IMG/VR virus record: IMGVR_UViG_2162886007_000107
Span: 172,431 to 236,430 of that record
Length of the DNA: 64,000 bases
Reading direction: 5' to 3' (one strand)
Shown here: positions 1 to 8,619 of the stretch, in pieces
Numbering within the stretch: position 1 is the first letter of the stretch
Layout of the letters: every line of letters begins with the position of its first letter
The notes under the pieces: generated by a model
What the model was told of the DNA's origin: nothing
Seen by the model: only the letters and a program-made list of their open reading frames with translations
The model's database searches: none
Made by a program: the position numbers and the translations under genes

Positions 1-2
1 GC

Positions 3-401
3 AACGCCATCCAGCGCCATATCGACAAGACTGTTAAAGGTCTGTCGAGAAGCGCACGGCGCTTTAAGCTGGATGGCTACGACGTACCTATTGTCAATGG
101 CAATTCCGTGTTCCGTAACGAACTGGGTGCGATCTTGGCAGTAGATGAGCCGTTCTCTGTGACGTACACCGATCACCGTGACGGACGGCAGTATTCACTG
201 CGTAGCAAAAAGGATGGTTTGCATGTAGGTGACATTGCCAAGCGCTTCGGTGGCGGTGGTCATGCTAACAGTGCGGCTTTCCGTATCCACATGGATGATG
301 ACCAATTCCATAACTCTCATCTGGAACTCTCTTCTACTCGGCACGTCAAGAACGGCAACGAGTGGGTCGAAGTTCCACGTTATGCAAAGAAGGATAGTTA
401 A
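3..401 (+). CDS. DHH/DHHA1-family phosphoesterase, C-terminal part (5' truncated by the window)
   Basis: Frame is open from base 3. Contains the DHHA1 signature YSLRS...VGDIAKRFGGGGHANSAAF. Confidence 0.8.
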   Translation, partial: NAIQRHIDKTVKGLSRSARRFKLDGYDVPIVNGNSVFRNELGAILAVDEPFSVTYTDHRDGRQYSLRSKKDGLHVGDIAKRFGGGGHANSAAFRIHMDDDQFHNSHLELSSTRHVKNGNEWVEVPRYAKKDS

Positions 402-403
402 TA

Positions 404-868
404 GTGAGAATGCGCTCCCCACGGTTAAATAAATCCTTGGAACTCGGGCGTAGTCGTATGCGAGAAGCCTTTGTTACGGAGGAAATGCAACTCCTTCGTA
501 CCAAGGCTTTTGAAAATCTGGAGACCCTCGGGTATTTTGACAAAGCCAACAAAGAGCTTCAAGGCTTTGAAGTAAGTATCCGTAATGAAATGTATGGGTT
601 TGATAACCCTACTGCTCCAGAGTTCATCAAGATTCGCGTTACTACTACCCAAGAACCATACCCGATGTTTGTAATCACGCGCGACGTGAAAATTACTGGT
701 AAACGCTTTGATCCAAACAAAGCACGCTTCCGGTTTTGCGCGGGTACCAAGAAGTGGTCGATCTTCAGCGAAAGCGCTGGGTATCCACTCCATGTGTCTG
801 TTTACAAGAAAGTATTGGAAACTCTCGTTGCCCACGATAAGGCACCTGTCAGGAGACCTGTTAAATGA
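404..868 (+). CDS. hypothetical protein
   Basis: 154-aa ORF tightly packed in a + strand operon. Confidence 0.7.
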   Translation: MRMRSPRLNKSLELGRSRMREAFVTEEMQLLRTKAFENLETLGYFDKANKELQGFEVSIRNEMYGFDNPTAPEFIKIRVTTTQEPYPMFVITRDVKITGKRFDPNKARFRFCAGTKKWSIFSESAGYPLHVSVYKKVLETLVAHDKAPVRRPVK

Positions 869-1242
869 CTTGCAATAACTGCGGCAATTGCAAATGTGAG
901 CCACAACCAACCCAGTACGAACTCGCCATGAACAAAGCTGGCGACGTCCTGGAGTACGCTCTGGATCATGTGGACCATCCACAGTTCGATCGTATCAAGT
1001 ACCCTAACCGTGTTTCGGTTGGTGGCTACTTCGCCGGTATCCACGAAGACGAGTTCTTCGGTCCCCGCATTTATCTGTGGGAAAGCGACAAGCCTGATGA
1101 AGATCCGATCGTGTACATCAACCGTACTGCGATGGGTCTGCACAACGTGGATGCTACTCCTCCAATGATCACCTCCAAGGAAATGAATGATCTGATGGCG
1201 CAGTTCAAAGACCTGCTCAACAAACACTTCTTCCAGGGGTGA
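865..1242 (+). CDS. hypothetical protein
   Basis: 4-nt overlap with the upstream gene; N-terminal CNNCGNCKC. Confidence 0.7.
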   Translation: MTCNNCGNCKCEPQPTQYELAMNKAGDVLEYALDHVDHPQFDRIKYPNRVSVGGYFAGIHEDEFFGPRIYLWESDKPDEDPIVYINRTAMGLHNVDATPPMITSKEMNDLMAQFKDLLNKHFFQG

Positions 1243-1246
1243 TATC

Positions 1247-1966
1247 ATGAATCAGACTTCTCAAAACCTTTTTGATCGGATTGTTAACGTACTCGAATAT
1301 GCCTGGGTAGCTGCTCCAGGTATGGTACAAAAGACTTCCGTTACTAGTGCTACTTTTGTTTTCAAGAAAGATGGGGAATGGACGATCCACTATTACGAGT
1401 ACCCGCTTGTTATTGGCGCGCCCTTGTTCAGCATTTCCAAGAACGGCCTTCAAGCTGACTTGAATACGACTGACGCCATTGTCGAAAGTAAGCTTCGTAA
1501 TTTGCTACATCTTCTGCGCACCGAATACGGTAACCCGTTACAAGCTAAAATGGTGACGATCGATAATTTCGAAGCCCGAGGTATGGTATTACCACCGGGG
1601 GTTGAAAGTTCTATCCAACCAAACGAAATTCTCAGTGCGGTAAGTGAGCTGTATCACCGGATGTTGGAATCCCTTCGTGTTGCCAATGACTACTATGGCT
1701 TCACTGGTCGACTGGCTACTGTCAACGGAGTAATTGTAACTACTGGACAGAATCGTACTTATGGTAAGGAGTTCACTTTTGAATTTCCTGCCAAAGACGG
1801 GGTTCGATCATCCACGGTTAACCTCTATTCCACTGGGTTCACGTTCTACTCCGGTGAACAAAGAAACATACCGGATTGTGAAGCCATGTTGGTTAACCTC
1901 CGTGTTATCAGTAAGGCGGTAATCGAATCCCTCACTCCATCCGGCATCAGCCATTTGGCTAGCTAA
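1247..1966 (+). CDS. hypothetical protein
   Basis: 239-aa ORF; GGGG SD-like sequence; operon packing. Confidence 0.75.
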   Translation: MNQTSQNLFDRIVNVLEYAWVAAPGMVQKTSVTSATFVFKKDGEWTIHYYEYPLVIGAPLFSISKNGLQADLNTTDAIVESKLRNLLHLLRTEYGNPLQAKMVTIDNFEARGMVLPPGVESSIQPNEILSAVSELYHRMLESLRVANDYYGFTGRLATVNGVIVTTGQNRTYGKEFTFEFPAKDGVRSSTVNLYSTGFTFYSGEQRNIPDCEAMLVNLRVISKAVIESLTPSGISHLAS

Positions 1967-1975
1967 GGAATAAAC

Positions 1976-2659
1976 ATGAGTTCCATCCGTGACTGTATGA
2001 CTATAGCTGCTGATGTGGTATCGGTCTACAAGAAAATTCTGGATGTCAGTATAGGGGACGTACCTATTGGTTGCGTTTACGTAGCTGATGGTATCTACGC
2101 TTCCGTGCTGACCGATACCGAGCCGTATCGTGTTGCGTTCTATGACTTTACTGTTTCTCACGAACCGTTCTTTATTGTAGGTGAAAAGACCTACGATCCT
2201 CGTGCAGATGGTAAGGATGGGGTTTACTTCTATCCTTTTGTTGTAGAAGCTCTGTATGCGTTCCTACGTCTGTTCGTTTCACGCGATCAGGTCAGGCCAG
2301 TACAGAACCCTGACATCTGGGATTGGGATCGTTCTCCACGAGTGTTGGTTGCATTCCACCACATGTGGCGTCTCATGAAGAAGAGTTATCCGAAAAGCCA
2401 GGAGATTACCACGCGCGCTGATTACTTCGTTAAAGGCGAGTCAAGCATGTGTGTCTGGATATGGAACGACGAACTTCAAACGGTAACGGCCTTTTGGGGC
2501 GGTATTGATTTGAATGGTCAAACCCGCGGCTTGGGTATTACCTATGACGGTAAAGCTCTAAGCAATGTCCGTGCAGACTGGGGAATCCACCTTGACGGTA
2601 ATGACACTTTGTTCTGTAAGGCTATTGCACATATCCCGTTCAATCCAGCGTTGCAGTAA
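1976..2659 (+). CDS. hypothetical protein
   Basis: AAGGAA RBS; 227 aa; followed by a terminator. Confidence 0.75.
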   Translation: MSSIRDCMTIAADVVSVYKKILDVSIGDVPIGCVYVADGIYASVLTDTEPYRVAFYDFTVSHEPFFIVGEKTYDPRADGKDGVYFYPFVVEALYAFLRLFVSRDQVRPVQNPDIWDWDRSPRVLVAFHHMWRLMKKSYPKSQEITTRADYFVKGESSMCVWIWNDELQTVTAFWGGIDLNGQTRGLGITYDGKALSNVRADWGIHLDGNDTLFCKAIAHIPFNPALQ

Positions 2660-2675
2660 TTTGTAAATCGTATAG

Positions 2676-2722
2676 CCTACCAGGGGTAATTCCCTGGTAG
2701 GTACACCCTTCTTTATTTTTTT
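2676..2722 (+). terminator. intrinsic terminator-like hairpin
   Basis: CCTACCAGGG/CCCTGGTAGG stem with a T-rich tract downstream. Confidence 0.75.
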
Positions 2723-2737
2723 GTTCAAGGCCTCTTT

Positions 2738-3178
2738 ATGGATCGTGATTACAGCTACATACAGGTGTCTCTAAGAGACGATCTCGTACAGGACGTATAT
2801 AGCCAGCTCATTGAGATTGGCGTTGCTCCTAACGACAAGTACGACCTCCACACAACCATCATGTTTGATGAGCGTGATCTGGTTGCTCCTTTCTGTGAAT
2901 TGGAACCTAACAAGGAATTCGTTGCCAAGATCAACGGTATGGGTAAATTGGGGGATGCTTACGTATTCCACCTTTATAGTCCGCAACTGCACGAGGCTTT
3001 TACCAAGCTTACTGAAGCCGGCTACGAGCATTCGTACGGTACTCCGTTGTGGCATCTGTCTTTGGCATACAAGCTGGATGATTTCCAATACCTATCCATT
3101 GACCATGCATTTGCTCATTGGATGGGTCGTGAGATCGTGTTGCGCAATATGGCGTTTGGTTTTAAGAAGAATAAGTGA
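2738..3178 (+). CDS. 2H phosphoesterase, Acb1/T4 gp57B-like (putative anti-CBASS nuclease)
   Basis: Two Hx[T/S] motifs (DLHTTIMF, WHLSLAY). Size (146 aa) and the intervening FHLYSPQLHE...GYEHSY pattern resemble gp57B/Acb1 as recalled. Confidence 0.7.
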   Translation: MDRDYSYIQVSLRDDLVQDVYSQLIEIGVAPNDKYDLHTTIMFDERDLVAPFCELEPNKEFVAKINGMGKLGDAYVFHLYSPQLHEAFTKLTEAGYEHSYGTPLWHLSLAYKLDDFQYLSIDHAFAHWMGREIVLRNMAFGFKKNK

Positions 3179-3187
3179 GGCTGGAAA

Positions 3188-3232
3188 TTTAACTTCTAGG
3201 ATTAGACACGTCTATATTACTCCCGTGTATGA
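3188..3232 (+). promoter_or_regulatory. phiKZ-type early promoter (TTTAACTTCTAGG-N11-CTATATTAC)
   Basis: TATATTAC at 3213-3220 in an intergenic gap; matches the known phiKZ early consensus. Confidence 0.8.
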
Positions 3233-3287
3233 ATGACAAAGGTTTTTAATAATTGCCTTGTCTCAACTGATAGCCGCGGGAGGCTCC

Positions 3288-4403
3288 ATGTTTCAAATAG
3301 ACACGATCGTAGAAGCGGTAACCAAGCACTCCAAGGTCGAGGACGATCTGGCTGCGGCTATCGTTGGGTTCTATCTGCTGGACATCAAGTTCATTGCAGT
3401 AAACCAACGCAAGAAAGTTCTGGATGCGCTGAAAGAACGTTTGGGTAAAACCTGGACTATCAGCAAGATCCGTGGTGTCAATCCAAAGATCTTGGGTGAT
3501 CTGCAATTGCCATCGAAAGAACAACCGGTAACTGGCGATAACGTCAGCCCGACTCACAAAGTCGAGGTCACCCCAAATGCCGCTCTGCAATACGAGTGGC
3601 CAGAAGGGCAAGGTCCGACAGCCGTCCAACACCAAACCAACACCAACACCATTTCGCACTCCGAGGAAACCAGCATGACCAACACCGCCATCACTCTGAC
3701 CTCCGCCCCTGAAGTTATCCTGGCGCACGTCAAAGAAAACAAGAAGGCCATCAAGGCCCAGGTCGAAGATTTCAAAGAGCTGGTCGAATCCGACAAGAAG
3801 CGCAGCAAGGCCGTCCACAAGTGGATCGAAGCCGACGAAGATCGTGAAGAAGCCTGGAAAGCTTTCAACGCTCACCTCGACGGCGCGATCAAGGACAAAG
3901 ACACCCTGCTGATCACCTTCGTTCGTCTGAGCGAAAAGCCGAAGAAAGAATTCCGCAGCCTGGAAAAAGCCATGAAGTCCAAAGCGAAAGAAATCGCTGA
4001 AGCCTCGGGTGAAGGTCGCAAAGACGTCGCAACCAGCTTCGGCCTGGGCGCAATCGTCGGTGGTCTCGGCAACATGTTCATGAACGGTTTCACGCCTGGT
4101 GCGGCAGTGGGTACCGCAGTGGCCGCTGGCGGCTGCTACTACCTCGGCACCAAGATCGACGAGCAAGGCGACGACGACGGCATCGACAAGCGCGCTGGCG
4201 CCTTCCTGCTGGGCGGTGGTCTGGGCTACGGCGGTGCAGCTCTCGGCCGCATGGCTGAAGTGCATGTCATCGAACAATACGCCGAATGGTTCGGCGGCAA
4301 GGAAGACGGCGAAGTTTCCGACAGCGTGTCGGTAGTCATCCACAACAACAACCTTCCGGCCGATAGCACTCAGAACTCTCTGCGTGCTCTGGGTCTGATC
4401 TAA
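3288..4403 (+). CDS. hypothetical protein with coiled-coil and glycine-rich hydrophobic C-terminus
   Basis: GGGAGG RBS before ATG 3288; strong C-ending codon bias; has its own promoter and terminator. Confidence 0.8.
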   Translation: MFQIDTIVEAVTKHSKVEDDLAAAIVGFYLLDIKFIAVNQRKKVLDALKERLGKTWTISKIRGVNPKILGDLQLPSKEQPVTGDNVSPTHKVEVTPNAALQYEWPEGQGPTAVQHQTNTNTISHSEETSMTNTAITLTSAPEVILAHVKENKKAIKAQVEDFKELVESDKKRSKAVHKWIEADEDREEAWKAFNAHLDGAIKDKDTLLITFVRLSEKPKKEFRSLEKAMKSKAKEIAEASGEGRKDVATSFGLGAIVGGLGNMFMNGFTPGAAVGTAVAAGGCYYLGTKIDEQGDDDGIDKRAGAFLLGGGLGYGGAALGRMAEVHVIEQYAEWFGGKEDGEVSDSVSVVIHNNNLPADSTQNSLRALGLI

Positions 4404-4410
4404 CCAGGTA

Positions 4411-4457
4411 TAGCAGAGTACCCCGTGGGGTACTCTGCTAGCACCCTTTTCTTTTTT
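4411..4457 (+). terminator. intrinsic terminator-like hairpin
   Basis: TAGCAGAGTACCCC/GGGGTACTCTGCTA stem plus T tract. Confidence 0.8.
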
Positions 4458-4473
4458 GCTGCGAGGTCTATTT

Positions 4474-4683
4474 ATGCAACATGTCGTTTTTGCAGTTCTC
4501 ACTGTTCTCGGTAGTGCAGCACCGCAAGCGCCACAAGTTACAACCTTCAGAACGGATGACTGTAAGGCAGGCATGGAACAAGTAGTTCGTAGCTACAGCC
4601 TGCAACAGTTTGTTCGTTCTTGGTCCGTTAAAAGCATGACTGCCGATAACGGTAAACTTCATTTGAAAGTCACTTGTAATTAG
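4474..4683 (+). CDS. small putative exported protein
   Basis: GAGG RBS; hydrophobic N-terminus; two Cys. Confidence 0.6.
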   Translation: MQHVVFAVLTVLGSAAPQAPQVTTFRTDDCKAGMEQVVRSYSLQQFVRSWSVKSMTADNGKLHLKVTCN

Positions 4684-4693
4684 AGGGTATCCA

Positions 4694-5344
4694 ATGGATC
4701 TGTTTAATGTTTTGACTGACGAGGATAAATGCAAATCCATCGTCAAGTACTTCATGCTCAACTTCCTGAAACAACCGTTCAACTATCGCCAAACAATCGC
4801 GCACAACAAATACCAGTTGGTGTTGGAATATTCCTGCACGTCGCGCGGTCCTAACTACGTCGTCGAGATTCTCAAGATGACTAGCGGCATGTTCACGCCT
4901 GGTCAGTTCAGTCCTGCTACTCAGCAGCGCATGGGCTTCCGTTACTTCCAGGATCGCGATGGTGTTCTGTCTTTGGGTCATGCCGAATGGCCAGAAGTTC
5001 TCGACGTTCTGGAAGACTTCCTGGTTAAGCAGTGCTGTGTCGTAGGTCCTTTGCAAGAGATCATTGCAGAGAAGACCAAAGACGCTACAGAAGCATCACA
5101 AGAGATCATCATCGGTGATGCGACCCTCTACGGAACTGTCGAGTACAATTCCAAAGAAGGCTACAGTCTTTATCTTGCAGGCGGAGATCCTTCTCGTCCA
5201 AGTGAAAAGATCATCATGAAAAGCATGGATACCAGTAAAGACGGTGTGCAATCAGGACTTGTGCGCGGTAACCTCAAGGAGCTGGCAGGGAAGATTTTCG
5301 ATATCCATAAGGACATCTGTAAACAACCCAAACGCGTGGAGTAA
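4694..5344 (+). CDS. hypothetical protein
   Basis: GAGGG RBS; 216 aa. Confidence 0.75.
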   Translation: MDLFNVLTDEDKCKSIVKYFMLNFLKQPFNYRQTIAHNKYQLVLEYSCTSRGPNYVVEILKMTSGMFTPGQFSPATQQRMGFRYFQDRDGVLSLGHAEWPEVLDVLEDFLVKQCCVVGPLQEIIAEKTKDATEASQEIIIGDATLYGTVEYNSKEGYSLYLAGGDPSRPSEKIIMKSMDTSKDGVQSGLVRGNLKELAGKIFDIHKDICKQPKRVE

Positions 5345-5347
5345 ATC

Positions 5348-5650
5348 ATGCCAGAAAGATCTCAATCCTTTCGTCGCCCCTGGATCTTCAAATCAATCGA
5401 CGAGCCAGACATTAACTACGTCTGGTTAGCCGAATACATGGCTCAGCACAACCTGACAATGGAAGTTGCTTTGGAACACCTTTCGCACAAAATGCGAGAG
5501 TTCCTGGAGAAGGGTAAGGAAGTCCTGGAGCAACTGGACGGTAGTAATCCAGACCTGCTCAAGAACTGCGAGGTCTTTGTTGGTAGTTATCAACACGCTG
5601 TAGACTTCTACAGTCCCATTCCGTTGGTGCCGATTATAAAGGAAGAGTAA
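5348..5650 (+). CDS. hypothetical protein, NPxW-motif family
   Basis: INYVWLAEYMAQHNLTMEVALEH; paralog of the next gene. Confidence 0.75.
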   Translation: MPERSQSFRRPWIFKSIDEPDINYVWLAEYMAQHNLTMEVALEHLSHKMREFLEKGKEVLEQLDGSNPDLLKNCEVFVGSYQHAVDFYSPIPLVPIIKEE

Positions 5651-6078
5651 TGTCGGATAAAGACAACAGCCTAGGCTTAGACGACTTTGGTGAGGACCCT
5701 CTTACCAAGCCGGAATTTCTTCGCAAGAAGACTGGTCCTCGTCCAATGCCATGGCTGACGTGGGATAACCCCAAAGTAAACCCCATGTGGTTGGCCGAGT
5801 ATATGCATCAACACGATCTCTCTTTAGAGGTGGCGATGGAGCATTGGGCTGTTCACATGGGGCGCTTCATAAAGCAGCTTACTAAAACGGTAGAGCTGGT
5901 TGAAAGTAGCGACGATAAAACCGTTAACGCCATAAAGGTATTTATCAAAGACCACAAACAAGTCGATGGCTTTTATGGTGAAATGCCTTTGGTTAATGTT
6001 CTCGTTAAGGGTAGCGAATGTCCTGTCCCGTTGAAAAAGAGCTTGCTGCCAGGTTCGAAAAACTCTTCAGAGACTTAG
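5650..6078 (+). CDS. hypothetical protein, NPxW-motif family
   Basis: TAATG overlap; VNPMWLAEYMHQHDLSLEVAMEH. Confidence 0.75.
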   Translation: MSDKDNSLGLDDFGEDPLTKPEFLRKKTGPRPMPWLTWDNPKVNPMWLAEYMHQHDLSLEVAMEHWAVHMGRFIKQLTKTVELVESSDDKTVNAIKVFIKDHKQVDGFYGEMPLVNVLVKGSECPVPLKKSLLPGSKNSSET

Positions 6079-6347
6079 ACCCCAAAAAGGTCGAAGACTT
6101 GATGGAAGAGTTGATTGATCACTACACCTACGGGAAGTATGGGTTGTCTGTGATCAGTGAGGTACGCAAAGTTAAGAAGTTCCAATCTTGCGTATCTATT
6201 CAACCTGTTGCTGAAAAGGCGATCCTCGTAAGCCCCTACGGATTCGAGATCACTTCCGTAACCCAACATCCAAAAGGTGGGGTCCAAGTTATCATGAAGG
6301 AGACTACTCGGAACGAACACATCCGTGAACAAAGCAGTCGAGGTTGA
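6018..6347 (+). CDS. hypothetical protein
   Basis: 109-aa ORF ending just before a hairpin; start codon uncertain. Confidence 0.6.
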   Translation: MSCPVEKELAARFEKLFRDLDPKKVEDLMEELIDHYTYGKYGLSVISEVRKVKKFQSCVSIQPVAEKAILVSPYGFEITSVTQHPKGGVQVIMKETTRNEHIREQSSRG

Positions 6348-6360
6348 GAGCAAGAACTAC

Positions 6361-6400
6361 TCCCTACTCCCCGCTAAGGGAGTAGGGAGGACTATTTGCT
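6361..6400 (+). terminator. terminator-like hairpin
   Basis: TCCCTACTCCC/GGGAGTAGGGA stem. Confidence 0.7.
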
Positions 6401-6418
6401 TTTAAAAGAAACTCAAGC

Positions 6419-6434
6419 CTAAATTATTACGGTA
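6419..6434 (+). promoter_or_regulatory. possible variant early promoter (CTAAATTATTACGGTA)
   Basis: AT-rich, TATATTAC-like sequence between a terminator and the next gene. Confidence 0.35.
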
Positions 6435-6456
6435 AGAACATAACGGAATTTTAATA

Positions 6457-6897
6457 ATGACCATGAGTAAGCGGGACCAGTTATTCAATCAGGTGCTCGG
6501 TGATTTCAAAGAGTTTTTCAAAGTTCCTGTTCGTGATGGCATGGCTGACGCTCCTGTATTGAACGTTAGCAATAACAAGAAGTTTCCTAATCTTAACGGT
6601 CGTCATTTCCTGGCTGGTTATTCCACGCCCAATGATGTGAAGAACCGTGCAGAAGGCATTGCGTTTGTAGAGTACTTCCCTGACAGAATAGGGGTGCTCA
6701 ATGTGCAGTGCATTATTCATATCTCTCCAACATCCGTACCGTCTGATGTATTAGGCTGTGAGGCAGGGGAAGATTCGGATCTTACCATTGGTGAGTGTGT
6801 GGAGTTATTCCGCATCCTGGGGGATTTCCTCACCAATTGGAAAATGGAACGTGAGTTCCTTACATCGGCAATCCCTCCCACTACTACTAAACACTAA
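6457..6897 (+). CDS. hypothetical protein, LxGRxF family
   Basis: PNLNGRHFLA...EGIAFVE. Confidence 0.7.
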   Translation: MTMSKRDQLFNQVLGDFKEFFKVPVRDGMADAPVLNVSNNKKFPNLNGRHFLAGYSTPNDVKNRAEGIAFVEYFPDRIGVLNVQCIIHISPTSVPSDVLGCEAGEDSDLTIGECVELFRILGDFLTNWKMEREFLTSAIPPTTTKH

Positions 6898-6908
6898 GAG
6901 AGTTAATC

Positions 6909-7331
6909 ATGCAAAAGTCTATCGAAGTAACCCAAGAATTCACCTTCGCAGAAGTTTACCGCGACCTGGTCTGGTTCGGTAATGAGTTTCAAAAATGTGC
7001 GGCAGTGAAGTTCGAAGCGAGTGGTGATCCATCCATTCCCGCCGATCTGAGCGGCCGTCAGTTCGTGTTCGAAACCCGCGTCGGTACCAACCGTGCTACT
7101 GGTAAATCTCTTGCCGGCATCCTGATCTACGAGGTCAAAGTCGACGGTCAGGAAGGCGAATACTTTGCCAGTGTTTCTCGCGACCTGGATCTGACAGAAG
7201 ATCCTGAAGTTATCTTCGCTGATCCAGAGAATATGCTGACAGTAGAAAGTGTCGAAATGCTGCTGCTGGTGGTTCAGAAATCGGTAATCGAATTCCGCGG
7301 TGAACTCGACCAACCTAAGGTTGTTCATTAA
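6909..7331 (+). CDS. hypothetical protein, LxGRxF family
   Basis: PADLSGRQFVF...AGILIYE. Confidence 0.75.
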   Translation: MQKSIEVTQEFTFAEVYRDLVWFGNEFQKCAAVKFEASGDPSIPADLSGRQFVFETRVGTNRATGKSLAGILIYEVKVDGQEGEYFASVSRDLDLTEDPEVIFADPENMLTVESVEMLLLVVQKSVIEFRGELDQPKVVH

Positions 7332-7343
7332 GGAGGGGTAGTC

Positions 7344-7757
7344 GTGACTACTTCTGAACCTTTCATCGTGAAATACGCCAAGGACTTCAAACTTTGGCGT
7401 ATCCACAAAACGTTCCTGAATTTCGGCTTGGCTACTCGTACCAAGCCCGAGGTTCGCTTCATGAAGAACAATCAGACTCCAGCTATTCTTCAGGGTCGTG
7501 ATTTTGTCTTCAGTACTGCTGAGGGTCTTGACTCTCAGAATAATAATCGCCCAGTGATCGGTGTACAAATTACAGAACGTATCATGGGCATGGAAGTTGA
7601 TTTGTGCAAGGTTGTGCAGTTCAAAGACGACAGATCGTCACCTGCGGTTGTAATGTTACTCGGTGGTAACGTGTTGGAAGAAGCGTTCATTAAGGACGTT
7701 CTCAAAATTGCTGAAGCAGTTATCCGTAACCATCCGGACTACTTCGACCCTAATTAA
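7344..7757 (+). CDS. hypothetical protein, LxGRxF family
   Basis: AAGGAGG RBS with GTG start; PAILQGRDFVF...IGVQITE. Confidence 0.75.
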   Translation: MTTSEPFIVKYAKDFKLWRIHKTFLNFGLATRTKPEVRFMKNNQTPAILQGRDFVFSTAEGLDSQNNNRPVIGVQITERIMGMEVDLCKVVQFKDDRSSPAVVMLLGGNVLEEAFIKDVLKIAEAVIRNHPDYFDPN

Positions 7758-7768
7758 GGAAGTCACCC

Positions 7769-8203
7769 ATGAAAACCCCTTTCTACGTTATTCAAGCGGA
7801 ATCGCGTGCTCCTGGTGAAAGTGTTACCAAAGTCGGCTATCTGTACGTCGACTCCGAATGCGGTATCGTGTTTGCCGATCGTTTCAACAGCGGTGGTTGG
7901 TTCTACACCACCGAAGCCGCCATGCAGCGCTGGGATTTCATCATGAATGAAGAACCCACCAAGTACACCGCCGGCAGCCTCCCTGGCTATCAGTACGCCA
8001 TCCCTCACGTGTTGCGCAGCGCTGTTGGTGGTCGGATCGATGTAGACGGCCGCTACGAGTTCACGTTCAAGCTGATCGAAGTCATCGGTCCTAGCCTGGA
8101 CAAGATCGAAGTTACCGTGGTTCGTGAGGTGGAAGTTATCGCCATCCAGTTCCACAATGAGTACGACAAGAAACCGATCATCACCATCAACAACATCAAG
8201 TAA
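7769..8203 (+). CDS. hypothetical protein
   Basis: AAGGAAG RBS; strong codon bias. Confidence 0.75.
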   Translation: MKTPFYVIQAESRAPGESVTKVGYLYVDSECGIVFADRFNSGGWFYTTEAAMQRWDFIMNEEPTKYTAGSLPGYQYAIPHVLRSAVGGRIDVDGRYEFTFKLIEVIGPSLDKIEVTVVREVEVIAIQFHNEYDKKPIITINNIK

Positions 8204-8211
8204 GGCTTGTC

Positions 8212-8619
8212 ATGGCTAAGGTATCGTTTAAAGAGATCCACACCAATCTGTCTACTTACATGGAAGCTCGTAAGGAATACCCTGTAGTTACTTTCGAAGA
8301 CAACGAAACTGTTCTTCGTCAGCTGCGTGGTAAAAGTTTCATGTTCGCTGCCATGAAAGGTGAGGACAAGCACAAGAAACCACAACTGGGGATCATGGTC
8401 GTAGAAAAGACCCCAGTTGGTGGTAATCCAGTCTGTGCACTCACTGCGGCCGATAAAGCCAAAGATCGTCGATTCAAAGTGCAGTTCCAAGGCAAACTGC
8501 TGCTGCTGGACGAGGAAGTCAACGTCCTTCTCCAGCAACTGGGTAACCGTATGAAGGCTGCGGCTCTTACCAGTAATCTGGCACAAGGAGCTTCTGATGG
8601 CTCGCAAACAACGCAATAA
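8212..8619 (+). CDS. hypothetical protein, LxGRxF family
   Basis: RQLRGKSFMF...LGIMVVE. Confidence 0.7.
   Translation: MAKVSFKEIHTNLSTYMEARKEYPVVTFEDNETVLRQLRGKSFMFAAMKGEDKHKKPQLGIMVVEKTPVGGNPVCALTAADKAKDRRFKVQFQGKLLLLDEEVNVLLQQLGNRMKAAALTSNLAQGASDGSQTTQ

Noticed and set aside
865-1966. VLEYA shared by the 865 and 1247 proteins
   Set aside because: A five-residue match with no further alignment; likely chance.
3246-4574. 442-aa - strand ORF (likewise 41237-42529)
   Set aside because: Mirrors strongly biased + strand genes that have an RBS, and for 3288 also a promoter and terminator.
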